Shown here: piece after piece, positions 36,104 to 45,369 of the stretch
Position numbering within the stretch: the stretch's first letter is position 1
How the letters are laid out: every line of letters starts with the position of its first letter
IMG/VR virus record: IMGVR_UViG_3300037483_000964
Coordinates: 1 to 61,392 of that record
Reading direction: 5' to 3' (one strand)
Length of the DNA: 61,392 bases
Source of the DNA: a virus
Taxonomy: Duplodnaviria > Caudoviricetes
Program-made: the position numbers and the translations under genes
The notes under the pieces: model-generated
Told to the model about the DNA's origin: nothing
The model's database searches: none
What the model saw: only the letters and a program-made list of their open reading frames with translations

Positions 36104-37753
36104 ATGAGCTTTTCCGGCTTTCTGGGGCACGGCGTCCAGCCCGAGCAGTCCAGCACGGATGTGCTGGCGCTCACCATCACCACCAACAACGTTGCGGCCG
36201 GTCGGACCCTCTGGATCCCCGTAGCAATTGACAGCGGAACCGGCGGCGCTGGCGGCTCCGCAACAGACCGCATCTCGATCGAGGACTCGCAGGGCAACGT
36301 CTACGAAAAGGATGGCGAGTACCGCTACCAACTAACAGCCGGGAACAACTCCGGTGCCATCGTTGCGTTGTTTCGCGGCGAGATCACGACGGAACTGGTT
36401 GCCGGCACCGATACCGTCACCATCCATCTGACCGCAGCGGTCACCGCGAAGGTACTCGGCGCATTCAGCTACGCCAAGGCCGGGTCCGTGCAGCTCGTGG
36501 ATGTCGTCATGACCGGCGGTCAGTCTACCACCCCGTCCGTCGCAAGTAATGCCGTCCCGAGCGCTGAGTACCTTTGCGTCGGCGTGCTGGCGTGGGAGTA
36601 TAACACCACCGGGATGACGCTGGACGCTGACTACACGACCCGCGTCAACACCAATTCCGGGGGCGCGGCCGATACCACCAGCGTTACTCTGGTCTGCCAG
36701 ACCCGGATTGCCACGCTCACGGGCGACACGTTCAACCTGAGCGACAGCCCCGGCACGGACTGGGCGATCCTGCTGGCGATCTACGAGGATGTATCCGCAG
36801 GCAATGAGGGCTCGGGCACGGCCACACTCCCGAGCCTCGGAACCGGCGGCACAGGCGTCGTCCGTCGCGTAGCGACCGGCGCGCTCACGCTTGCGGCCCT
36901 CCAGCTTTTCGGTACCGGGAGCGTATCGCGGGCCGGGACTGGAGCCCTGACACTTCCCGCCGTAGAGCTGGCAGGGACCGGCACTGTCTCCCGCGTGGGG
37001 ACGGGTGCGCTGGCGCTGCCGGGACTCCAACTGTCAGGGATCGGGGAGGATTCCCACATCGGCTCCGGCGCGCTCACGTTTGCTCCTCTGACTCTGAGCG
37101 GTACCGGGAGCGTAGCGCGGGTGGGGTCCGGCGTTCTGACGCTACCCGCGGTCGAGTTGGCCGGAACCGGGAAGGTGTCCCGGATCGGCACGGGTAGCCT
37201 CACCCTCCCCGCAGTTGAGTTGGCGGGGACCGGCACTGTTTCCCGCGTTGCCACGGCCGCCCTGATGCTGCCAGCGCTGGAGCTGTCGGGGACCGGGAAA
37301 GTCTCTCGCGTCGGCTCGGGCACGCTCGCGCTGGCGCCTCTGACGCTGAGCGGTACCGGGAGTCTGACCCGCCCCGGTAGCGGGACGCTCACACTTCCCG
37401 CGCTCGCACTCGCCGGAACAGGAAGCGTCCAGCGTATCGGCGCAGGAGCGCTTGCGCTTGGCGGCCTCGAAGCGACCGGCACGGGAGCGGTACTTGTCAC
37501 TGGCGGAGACCTGACGCTGCCGGCGCTCGAACTGGTAGGGGCAGGCATCGTCCGGCGGATCGGCAGCGGGACGCTGGTCCTGCCCGGCCTGCAGCTCGTA
37601 GGTACTTCGCCCGTTTTCGACGCCCCGTTCTGCGCGGACCTGGACATCGTCCCGGCGCTCGATGCCGACCTCGACATCGTGCCCGCGCTTTCCGCAACGC
37701 TCACCACGGAGCCGGCGCTGTCGGCCTCCATCGAGATCGAGGTGTGCCCATGA
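36104..37753 (+). CDS. Tail fibre/spike-like protein with ~21-aa tandem repeats
   Basis: About a dozen G-[TS]-G-x-L-T-L-P-A-x-E-L-x-G-T-G-x-V-x-R repeats in the C-terminal half. Confidence 0.7.
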   Translation: MSFSGFLGHGVQPEQSSTDVLALTITTNNVAAGRTLWIPVAIDSGTGGAGGSATDRISIEDSQGNVYEKDGEYRYQLTAGNNSGAIVALFRGEITTELVAGTDTVTIHLTAAVTAKVLGAFSYAKAGSVQLVDVVMTGGQSTTPSVASNAVPSAEYLCVGVLAWEYNTTGMTLDADYTTRVNTNSGGAADTTSVTLVCQTRIATLTGDTFNLSDSPGTDWAILLAIYEDVSAGNEGSGTATLPSLGTGGTGVVRRVATGALTLAALQLFGTGSVSRAGTGALTLPAVELAGTGTVSRVGTGALALPGLQLSGIGEDSHIGSGALTFAPLTLSGTGSVARVGSGVLTLPAVELAGTGKVSRIGTGSLTLPAVELAGTGTVSRVATAALMLPALELSGTGKVSRVGSGTLALAPLTLSGTGSLTRPGSGTLTLPALALAGTGSVQRIGAGALALGGLEATGTGAVLVTGGDLTLPALELVGAGIVRRIGSGTLVLPGLQLVGTSPVFDAPFCADLDIVPALDADLDIVPALSATLTTEPALSASIEIEVCP

Positions 37754-38073
37754 GCGACGTCGCCTTCCTCTACAGGAACAACGGCCACTGGATCCGGCTC
37801 CTGGACCTGGTCGACAAGGACGGCGCCGCCGTGCTCGGCGCAGCGGTCACCGCAGTTGTGCGAACGAAAGTCGGGAGCAACGTCGTGGGTCCGACCTGGC
37901 CGGTAACGCTCACGCAGATCGGGGTCACCAACGATTACGAGGCTCTGGTCGACACCACACCCTTCCGGGGACTGATGCTGACACAGCATCTGGACGTCGT
38001 GGTCTCCGTCAATGCCGGCGGCGTGAAGGGTGAGTTTGTCCGGGACGTGCCCTTCAAGGAACGCGCGGCATAA
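37750..38073 (+). CDS. Small baseplate/Ig-like tail protein
   Basis: LVDKDGAAVLGAAVT; ATGA coupling. Confidence 0.5.
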   Translation: MSDVAFLYRNNGHWIRLLDLVDKDGAAVLGAAVTAVVRTKVGSNVVGPTWPVTLTQIGVTNDYEALVDTTPFRGLMLTQHLDVVVSVNAGGVKGEFVRDVPFKERAA

Positions 38074-39834
38074 ATGACGGCGATCCTCCGCTACCGGAAA
38101 AACCTCCGCTCGATCGAGCGGGAGCAGGACGCGCGCGAGATGCAGAACCGCATCCTGCCGCAGGGTGCGGAGGTCGACGGGTTCCATTTCACGATGGCGG
38201 ACGCGCTCTGGGAGGTCGGCGCCATCAGTGGTGCGGTCGTGACCCTGCTGCCGGACGTGCTCGGCCCGCCGATCCGCTTCGATGACCAACTGAACGGGCT
38301 GTTCTGCCGGCGCTGGCCGGGGCAAGCGGAGTGGAAGGTCACGGGAACATCGCTCGCGGCCCAGACGGTGATGCTCGAGGACGTGCCGGACACGTTGGTG
38401 GTCGGCGACTTCGTGCAGTTCCGGACGGGTGGCGTCTGTCTCGGCACGTCGGGCGAGCTCGTCTACCTCGACCGGCCGGCGAGCATCGCAACCTACGGGT
38501 TGGTCGAGGGCGTGCTGCCGCGACCGGACATCCCGCCGTTCGACAACCTGGTCCGGAACCCGTACCTCCGGGACTGGTCGGCGAACTCATTCGCGGTCGA
38601 TGAGCCCGACCACTGGGAGCCGGTCGGACTCGGCACTCTGCCGATCAAGGTGACGGGCGATGAGAACTCCCGGTTCGGCCAGACGGCCGCCAGCATCTTC
38701 GCCGTGCTCGCGTTCGAGACGGGCATCGAGACGGAGTGGATCGACGTCCGGCCGGAGATCGACCGACCGTTCTACTCGGCCCAGGTCGTGCTGCTGCTGC
38801 AATACGGCGTGGTGCGCTTCGAGCTCGAGATGGATCTGGTGGGCGACGGCAGCCGGACGGTCATTATCCCGGATCCGGCGCTGCCCGAGGCCGCGCAGCC
38901 GGGGCCCGGCGTCCGGAACAACACGGTCCGGACGCTCCGCCAGTGGGTGCAGTTCGGGATTGCCGGCATCAACTGCTTCGACGACCCGGCGATCGGCGCC
39001 GTGAAGCGGATCAAGCTCCGGGTCCAGCGGGAGATCGCGGCCAGTCCGGACAGCGCGATCTACATCCTCGACGCTGGGCAGTTGACGCACACGCCGTACA
39101 ACGCCGAGACGATCTACGACTTCCGCGGCAGCAACGCCCTCTGGTGGTCCGCGAACAATGCGCTCGACGACGGCTATGTCGAGAGCCGTGGCATGCCGCG
39201 GCTCCGCCTGACGGTGAACCCGCTGGACCTCTACCGTGAGGATCCGACAGCCTGGGCGGAGGAGAAGATCGCAGAGGCCGATGACGTGAAGGTGCAGTTT
39301 CCGCCCTGGTCGGTGGACGAGGTCATGACCGTGGCGGACGTCCGCCGGGAGCTGGGCGAGGATCAGGCCCTCGTGTCCCGGTTCGAGCTCTCGAACCGGC
39401 TGCGCCGACTCCAGACCGTGCTTTCATCGCGGCTCCGGCCGCGGACCATCATCGTGCCATCGCCGATCGAGGGCGCGCCCGCAACCGTGACGCCGGGTGG
39501 CGGGCTGTCGTCGCTCACCGCGAGCTATGACGCGAGCCTCGGCGCCAACATCATCGGATGGGACCTGAACGATGAGATCGAGACGGCCGCCCCCGGGCGG
39601 TTCACCATCACCATCAGCTCGACGCTGGGCGGTGTCCTGGTCTCGGGCCGCGATCCGACGCTTGAGGAAACCGGGACCGACTATGCCGCGAAACACGGCG
39701 CATACGCGGATCCGGTATCGATCGGGCCCGCGACGTCGACGCCGTACACGGTGAACGTGTACACGATCGAGCTTTTCGACACGGGCGTGGCCGCGGGAAC
39801 CTACCAGGTTTCGCGCGGGGATTACTACCTCTGA
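38074..39834 (+). CDS. Tail protein carrying the C-terminal half of a Tal-like hub plus a carbohydrate-binding-like insert
   Basis: Starts LRYRKNLRSIEREQDAREMQNRILPQG; SIATYGLVEG; NLVRNP; PRLRLTVNPLDL. Confidence 0.7.
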   Translation: MTAILRYRKNLRSIEREQDAREMQNRILPQGAEVDGFHFTMADALWEVGAISGAVVTLLPDVLGPPIRFDDQLNGLFCRRWPGQAEWKVTGTSLAAQTVMLEDVPDTLVVGDFVQFRTGGVCLGTSGELVYLDRPASIATYGLVEGVLPRPDIPPFDNLVRNPYLRDWSANSFAVDEPDHWEPVGLGTLPIKVTGDENSRFGQTAASIFAVLAFETGIETEWIDVRPEIDRPFYSAQVVLLLQYGVVRFELEMDLVGDGSRTVIIPDPALPEAAQPGPGVRNNTVRTLRQWVQFGIAGINCFDDPAIGAVKRIKLRVQREIAASPDSAIYILDAGQLTHTPYNAETIYDFRGSNALWWSANNALDDGYVESRGMPRLRLTVNPLDLYREDPTAWAEEKIAEADDVKVQFPPWSVDEVMTVADVRRELGEDQALVSRFELSNRLRRLQTVLSSRLRPRTIIVPSPIEGAPATVTPGGGLSSLTASYDASLGANIIGWDLNDEIETAAPGRFTITISSTLGGVLVSGRDPTLEETGTDYAAKHGAYADPVSIGPATSTPYTVNVYTIELFDTGVAAGTYQVSRGDYYL

Positions 39835-39855
39835 CCTGAAAGACGGGAGGCGAGC

Positions 39856-40902
39856 ATGAGACGCAAGGACACTGCAATGCTGATCGCGTTCGTGATGCTG
39901 GGGATGGCGGCGGCAGGCAACGGCTGGGGCCAACGGCTCCGACGAGCGCCAAGAGATGTGAGAGTGGTCGCGCTGCAGCAGGCTCAGGACAGCCTGCAGG
40001 TCGAAGTCGCGTGGACGGCACCGCAGCAGGGTGCAGGCGCGGTCACGGGCTACACGCTACGGGTGAGTGCTCCCGGCTGGCTGATCGAGCGCACCACGGC
40101 CGGGCTCGCCGACACGCTGTGGCTGCCGAAGGATACCGTCATCGTCAGTGCCAACGTGTGCGTCAACGCTTTCGGCGTGAACGTGGTCGGCCCTCCGGCG
40201 TGCGTCGCTTTCGAGATTCCGGCGAAGATTGTCATTGGCCCGCCCGGCGTGCCGACGGTCAAGCCGGTCGGCGGCCTCGCGGCCCTCGTCGACTCGGTGC
40301 TGGTCGTGGTGCAACGAACCTCGCCCGCCGATACGGTGCAGGACGCGAAACTATATCTCGTCGGCTGGATGAATGGCCCCGCAGGTAGTCCGTTGTCTGT
40401 GATGTGCTCCGAGCAGCCAAGTGGAGAGATCGGCTGGGGCCAGGTGGAGTTGATCGGGCATGCGGGCGACTTCGCCGCGGACGTCCGCCCCGTGGCTGGC
40501 GGCGGGTTCCTCGCGGATGATTGCGGATGGGACGCCGCTGGGGTTGACGATGCGGCGCTTGCCACTATCGCCCGGTTGATACTCGGTCCGGTCCCGTTCC
40601 TTCAGGCGACTATCGTGCTGGAGGCGACTTTCGCGCTCGACCTGACCCACTACGATGTGCTGGTCACGGTGCGTGAGCGGCTGTCGGCGAATGCCTACGC
40701 GGGCGGTGTCGTCACCATCACGCCGCTCTCGGGGGCGTGGGGCAACGGCTCGACAGACGCACGGACCTGCACGAGCATCACTGACGGTACCTGCGGACCC
40801 GGTCGCGTCACTCCGGGCGCACGGCTCAGGCTGGACGCGCCCGGCGCGGTACCCGTTGAGTTCACGGCCCCGGCGGCAGCGCCGAACGGGCAGATCACCT
40901 GA
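39856..40902 (+). CDS. Secreted FN3-domain protein
   Basis: Signal-peptide-like N-terminus; APRDVRV..VAWTAP..VTGYTL FN3 motif. Confidence 0.65.
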   Translation: MRRKDTAMLIAFVMLGMAAAGNGWGQRLRRAPRDVRVVALQQAQDSLQVEVAWTAPQQGAGAVTGYTLRVSAPGWLIERTTAGLADTLWLPKDTVIVSANVCVNAFGVNVVGPPACVAFEIPAKIVIGPPGVPTVKPVGGLAALVDSVLVVVQRTSPADTVQDAKLYLVGWMNGPAGSPLSVMCSEQPSGEIGWGQVELIGHAGDFAADVRPVAGGGFLADDCGWDAAGVDDAALATIARLILGPVPFLQATIVLEATFALDLTHYDVLVTVRERLSANAYAGGVVTITPLSGAWGNGSTDARTCTSITDGTCGPGRVTPGARLRLDAPGAVPVEFTAPAAAPNGQIT

Positions 40903-41411
40903 TGCTTCCCGCCCAGGTGCTCCGCGCCGTCGGATTCACGCCGGTCGAGGTCGACGCCATCGCCGCCGAGGTCGCGACCGTGACGGCGACGCTGCTTGAG
41001 CGGGACGAGCTCTGGGCGGAGGCCATCGAGGTGGCGTGGAGGACGCGTCAGCGGCGGGCAGACGTCGGAGCCGGCTATCTCCGGGTACGCGTGCGCTATG
41101 CGCTCCGGAACGCGATCCGGCGTGAGGGCCGTGCGCAGGGTAGGAGTGATCTGACCTTCTACTGGCCCTGGTGGAGGCCGGTCGGTGAGGTTCGGCGCTG
41201 CAAGGAGGACGGCTGCACGGCGCCTACCGCACCGCACGCACAGCGGTGTCCGGCCCATCTGATCGAGGCGGCTCCGCCGCTGTTCATCGGCCGCTGCGAG
41301 GTCTGCGGACGGGAGATGGAGCTGCCCGGTCCCGGGAAGCGCGGAAGGCGGCCGCGGTGGTGCAGCAACTCGTGCAGGTGCGTTGCCCACCGGCGAGATA
41401 GGGCGGCGTGA
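40902..41411 (+). CDS. Cys-rich hypothetical protein, possible regulator
   Basis: CEVCG...GRRPRWCSNSCR zinc-finger-like motif. Confidence 0.55.
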   Translation: MLPAQVLRAVGFTPVEVDAIAAEVATVTATLLERDELWAEAIEVAWRTRQRRADVGAGYLRVRVRYALRNAIRREGRAQGRSDLTFYWPWWRPVGEVRRCKEDGCTAPTAPHAQRCPAHLIEAAPPLFIGRCEVCGREMELPGPGKRGRRPRWCSNSCRCVAHRRDRAA

Positions 41412-41485
41412 CGCACCCGGACCCGGAGATCCGGGCGGCGATGGACGAGGGTATCGCGCGGCGACGACGCGAGCGAGGGGAGAAG

Positions 41486-41866
41486 ATGCCAACCGAGACG
41501 GGACCGCAACGTAACGGCTGGGGCATCGGTGCCCTGTGGCGCCGGCTGCCCCTGTTCGTGCGGCAGCTCAGCGTGGCCGGGTCGCTGGTCGGTATGGGCG
41601 TCGTCGTCCAAGACCGGCTCGACGTGCTCCAGGACGAGCGGGTGACCTACAAGGCGCTGGTCGACACGCTCGGGATCAACGTTCACAGGCTGGAGGGCGA
41701 GACGCGCGTCTTTCTGCCGTTCGCGCGCTACGTCATCTGCTCGACGGAACGGCAGTCGGCCGGCCTCTCGAACGACGGCTGCGAACGCTCCCTGATCGAG
41801 ACGTCGCTGTGGGCAGTCTTCCTGGAGGAACGGAGACGGGGACCTATCGAAAGGAAGGAACCATGA
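41486..41866 (+). CDS. Membrane-anchored protein in the lysis cassette (alternative start 41408)
   Basis: RBS GAGGGGAG; one hydrophobic segment. Confidence 0.5.
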   Translation: MPTETGPQRNGWGIGALWRRLPLFVRQLSVAGSLVGMGVVVQDRLDVLQDERVTYKALVDTLGINVHRLEGETRVFLPFARYVICSTERQSAGLSNDGCERSLIETSLWAVFLEERRRGPIERKEP

Positions 41867-42117
41867 TCGCGCTACCCGGTTGGTTGCTTCAGATCGTGAC
41901 GCGGCTGATCGCCGCCGTGGCTGCCGGCGCCTTCGATTGGCTCGTAGCGCGCGGTTGGCTCGATGCAGGCGCCGCGGCCGACGCAACGGCCCAGGTCACG
42001 GCGACGGGCGTGATCGTGCTGCTCACGCTGACCACGGCCGTGTATGGCATCGTTCGGCCGCTGCTCTCGCGGTGGCTGCACCCCGCGGACGACGCGACGC
42101 CGGGGCCGCCGAAGTGA
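41863..42117 (+). CDS. Holin-like membrane protein
   Basis: 84 aa with two TM segments, upstream of the amidase. Confidence 0.6.
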   Translation: MIALPGWLLQIVTRLIAAVAAGAFDWLVARGWLDAGAAADATAQVTATGVIVLLTLTTAVYGIVRPLLSRWLHPADDATPGPPK

Positions 42118-42161
42118 CCATCCTCGACCGGCCACTGCGTAACCCCAAGGAGGAACCTCCC

Positions 42162-42371
42162 ATGCTATCGATCGCGATGTTGCAGGGGCTCGAGACCAAC
42201 GCGGGCCTGATCCGGCTCATCATCTGGGTACTGCTGCTCGGCTGCCTGGTCTGGGCGGTGGCGGTAGGACTGAAGAAGGCCGAGGTCGACGCGACAATCC
42301 GGCAGATCATCGTGACAGTGCTGGCGTTGGTGCTGCTGCTCGTGGTGTTCACGAGGTTCGGGGTTCTCTGA
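42162..42371 (+). CDS. Small two-TM membrane protein (holin-like)
   Basis: RBS AAGGAGG; two TM helices; abuts the amidase. Confidence 0.6.
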   Translation: MLSIAMLQGLETNAGLIRLIIWVLLLGCLVWAVAVGLKKAEVDATIRQIIVTVLALVLLLVVFTRFGVL

Positions 42372-42943
42372 TGACGATCCTGGAGCGGCCGTCGCCGAAC
42401 CGGAGCGCGCGCTCGACGTCGAAGCTGGACGTCATCGTGCTGCACTCGACGTCGGGCGCGATGCCGGGTTGTCTGGAGTGGCTGACCACGAAGCACGCGG
42501 ATCCGGCCAAGAACGTGTCCGCGCACTACCTGATCGACCGCGAGGGCCACGTCTACCGGCTGGTCCCCGAGACCGAGAAGGCGTGGCACGCGGGCAAGAG
42601 CGCCTACCGCGGCCGTGGCGACGTCAACCAGTTCTCCATCGGCATCGAGCTGGAGAACGCGGCGCCGGACACGACGCCCTTCCCCGACGCGCAGTACGCC
42701 GTGCTCGCGGAGCTGGTCGCCGACATCCGGAGTCGGCACGGTCCCCTGCCCTGCGTCGGCCATGAGCTGGTCCGGGTGCCGGGCGGGAGCAAGGTCTGCC
42801 CGGGCGCGGCCTTCGACTACAGCCGCGTCCCGCAGCCGGAGGTGAAGGTCCGCGACGTCCGCTGGCAGGCGCCGGTCCGGGCGCTGCTGCACGACCCGGA
42901 CGAGACGTTGGGGGCGTTTCTCGAGCGGATGCTCACGACGTGA
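42371..42943 (+). CDS. Endolysin, N-acetylmuramoyl-L-alanine amidase (Amidase_2)
   Basis: IVLHST, SAHYLIDREG, AWHAG, SIGIELE, GH...KVCPG. Confidence 0.95.
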   Translation: MTILERPSPNRSARSTSKLDVIVLHSTSGAMPGCLEWLTTKHADPAKNVSAHYLIDREGHVYRLVPETEKAWHAGKSAYRGRGDVNQFSIGIELENAAPDTTPFPDAQYAVLAELVADIRSRHGPLPCVGHELVRVPGGSKVCPGAAFDYSRVPQPEVKVRDVRWQAPVRALLHDPDETLGAFLERMLTT

Positions 42944-43899
42944 AAGCCGCGATCGTCGCATCGGGCGGCGGCGTGCCGGGGCTCGCCTGGCATGCGGGCG
43001 TGCTGTCGGGACTGGCCGGCCTGGTGGAGTGGGCGAGCTTCGACGGCGTCTCTGCCGGTGCGCTCGCCGCCGCGATCGTCGGGCAGGATCCGGCCACGCA
43101 GATCCCGTACTTCCGCCAGCTGGCCGAGGGGCTCCGGACGAAGGAGGGGCACCGCTGGCGGACCGGCGGCGAGATCGTCAAGGCCGCGCTCGGCGGCTGG
43201 CTCGGCGCCGCGCCACTCGCGTCGCTCGGCACGCATGACCGGCTGGGCGACCGGATCCGGCGCGAGATCGAGGGCCGGTCCTACGCCGTACCGACATGGG
43301 TTGGGCTCACGGATATCGACACGGGCGAGTACCTGTCCGTCGGGCCGGACGTCGCCGATTGGTGGCGGGCCGTCTGGGCGAGTGCAACCATCGGACCGCC
43401 GCTCTGGCCGCCCGTTCGCTGGCTCGGTCGGCGGTGCGTGGACGGTGGCTACCGGTCCGTCGCGCCGCTCTCCGACGTGATCGACCGCGTGACGCGCGGC
43501 GAGCAGGAGCCGCCGGACCTGCTGATCGTCTCGAGCACGCGGCCGACCCGGGAGGGGCCGATGCCGGGAGCGGAGCGGCAGAACGAGATCCGGCACGACT
43601 CGCTACGCTCGGTCGCGCTGCTCACGGATACGATCCACACCGACGACCTCGAGGGCCCACAGCAGATCAATCGGCTCGTGCGCCAGGCGGAGGCGGCGGG
43701 GTGCGTTCTGCGGGCCGAGGATGGCAGGCCCTACCGGTACGTGCCGATCCTCGAGATCCGGCCGGACGCCCCCCTGGCGCGGGACGCCCTGGACGATTCG
43801 CGGCAGCTCACGATCGCCGCGGCGGGCGAGGTGGCCGCTTCTCTCGTCGACCGCGACGATGAACGCGATGACCGAGCTACGTGGAGTAGGCGACGGTGA
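42940..43899 (+). CDS. Patatin-like phospholipase
   Basis: SGGGVPG, GVSAG (G-x-S-x-G), ASATI, VDGG. Confidence 0.9.
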   Translation: MKAAIVASGGGVPGLAWHAGVLSGLAGLVEWASFDGVSAGALAAAIVGQDPATQIPYFRQLAEGLRTKEGHRWRTGGEIVKAALGGWLGAAPLASLGTHDRLGDRIRREIEGRSYAVPTWVGLTDIDTGEYLSVGPDVADWWRAVWASATIGPPLWPPVRWLGRRCVDGGYRSVAPLSDVIDRVTRGEQEPPDLLIVSSTRPTREGPMPGAERQNEIRHDSLRSVALLTDTIHTDDLEGPQQINRLVRQAEAAGCVLRAEDGRPYRYVPILEIRPDAPLARDALDDSRQLTIAAAGEVAASLVDRDDERDDRATWSRRR

Positions 43900-44296
43900 C
43901 GAGTAGAATGTTCCCAAGCCAGAGATGGTCCTTCTCGGTGATGAACGAAACCAAGAGTCCATTGGACGTGTCCGAGGCAACGCAACTGTCGAGCCCTGTG
44001 CCTGAGAAGTCGAACGCGACCTTGAACCAGGTGGATCCGCCCTGTGCGCGTAGCCAGCAGCCGACAACGGCTTTCGCCAGCGAAACTCCAGGAAATGTGA
44101 CAGATCCCGCATAGAGGCCGCTGCCGATGGAGACGATGGTTGAGGTGCCCGAAACGACCGTGATTCCCGGATCCCCCTTGTCCCCTTTCGGTCCTGCTGG
44201 ACCCTGCGCTCCATCTGGGCCGACAGGACCCATCGGTCCCTCTGATGCACATCCCAAGAGGAGGAACAACACCGCGATCATCGTGAACCGAGGCAT
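43877..44296 (-). CDS. Lipoprotein with a short collagen-like repeat
   Basis: Lipobox LLLGC, then GPMGPVGPDGAQGPAGPKGDKGDPG; lower GC. Confidence 0.75.
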   Translation of the reverse strand: MPRFTMIAVLFLLLGCASEGPMGPVGPDGAQGPAGPKGDKGDPGITVVSGTSTIVSIGSGLYAGSVTFPGVSLAKAVVGCWLRAQGGSTWFKVAFDFSGTGLDSCVASDTSNGLLVSFITEKDHLWLGNILLVTVAYST

Positions 44297-44311
44297 GCCG
44301 ATCTCCGTTGG

Positions 44312-44722
44312 TTGCAGGAATCCTCTCCCCGATCGATGGCGCAAAGCGCTATGGCCAGAATCGAGCGCATGTCACACCTTCCCTCTATCTTCGGTTCGCC
44401 CGCCGGTGCCTCCCCAGCTCCGTGGCCACCCGCCCACACGCCTCTGATGGAGGAGCCCGTGGAAGCCGTATACCGCGTAACCGCGCCCATCCCCGAGATC
44501 GGCGCCGAGCCTGGGGACGTCCTGGTCGCCGACCCCTCCGATCCTGAACTTCCGTTCGTTCTCTCCCGGAAGCTTGCTCGTGGCGCCATGTCCATCATCC
44601 TCACAGACGAGCACGTCATCCTGTGCGATCTTTCGGGCGGAGCACCTTCGGCTGTCCCCGCTTCCCCTTCGTGCCCAGTCGGCCGGCGTCGTCGGGCCCG
44701 GCATCTTCGGCTGGTAGGGTAA
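44312..44722 (+). CDS. Hypothetical protein (start uncertain), convergently overlapping the repressor 3' end
   Basis: Protein-like core (EIGAEPGDVLVADP), ends HLRLVG. Confidence 0.35.
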   Translation: MQESSPRSMAQSAMARIERMSHLPSIFGSPAGASPAPWPPAHTPLMEEPVEAVYRVTAPIPEIGAEPGDVLVADPSDPELPFVLSRKLARGAMSIILTDEHVILCDLSGGAPSAVPASPSCPVGRRRRARHLRLVG

Positions 44723-45041
44723 CCCGATAGCGGTCAATCACCGCAGCGATCTCCCGCAGCGCCAACTGGCTAGTTTCGGGTGCGGGGTCGACGTCGACGC
44801 TTCCCTCTCCCGTCAATAGCCACGCAGCCCGCGCCGATGCAAGCTCGGCCACCGCGAGGATGAGATCGGCCCGCGGCTGAGACTCGCCTCGTTCGATCCG
44901 GCCGAGGAGGGTATGGCTTTCTACCGCTACGCCCATGGCCTCAAGTCGGACCGCCAAGTCCCGTTGCGAGAGGCGTAAGCGTTTGTCCCTCAACCACTTC
45001 AGCCTATCGCCCGGCGTTTCTGACGGTCTTGTTGGTCCCAT
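44616..45041 (-). CDS. XRE-family HTH repressor (cI-like)
   Basis: GDRLKWLR..LSQRDLAVRL..LGRIERGESQP..AWLLTGEG; divergent from the early operon. Confidence 0.85.
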   Translation of the reverse strand: MGPTRPSETPGDRLKWLRDKRLRLSQRDLAVRLEAMGVAVESHTLLGRIERGESQPRADLILAVAELASARAAWLLTGEGSVDVDPAPETSQLALREIAAVIDRYRVTLPAEDAGPDDAGRLGTKGKRGQPKVLRPKDRTG

Positions 45042-45104
45042 GGCGCACCAAAAGGGTTGACGGCGGACCAAACGTTCCGCATATTGGTCCACCAGCGCAC
45101 CAAA
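45032..45104. promoter_or_regulatory. Genetic switch: two 20-bp operators and a rightward sigma70-like promoter
   Basis: TTGGTCC-N6-GCACCAA at 45032-45051 and 45084-45103; TTGACG(45057)-17 bp-CATATT(45080). Confidence 0.7.
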
Positions 45105-45150
45105 CGGGGCCGCGGCGGCCCACGTCGTACCCAAACGGCTAACGGTAAGC

Positions 45151-45366
45151 ATGAACGACGAAGACCGCAACGAGGTTGACTCCCTCTGGACCGACGAGGA
45201 CGTGGCGGCCTACCTCCGCGTCTCCGTGCAGACCGTCGCGAAATGGGCGAAGATGGGCCGGATACCCGTCCGGAAGGCGGGGAGCCTGAACCGCTTCGAC
45301 CGCCGCGAGATCGAACAATGGACCCGGCCGGTCGAGCCGGAGCCCGACTCCGAAGCCGCGGCCTGA
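45151..45366 (+). CDS. Excisionase/Cro-like HTH_17 DNA-binding protein
   Basis: LWTDEDVAAYLRVSVQTVAKWAKMGRIP..RFDRREIEQW. Confidence 0.85.
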   Translation: MNDEDRNEVDSLWTDEDVAAYLRVSVQTVAKWAKMGRIPVRKAGSLNRFDRREIEQWTRPVEPEPDSEAAA

Positions 45367-45369
45367 CCC

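Noticed and set aside
31529-39834. Diversity-generating retroelement acting on tail genes
   Set aside because: No reverse transcriptase and no TR/VR pair seen
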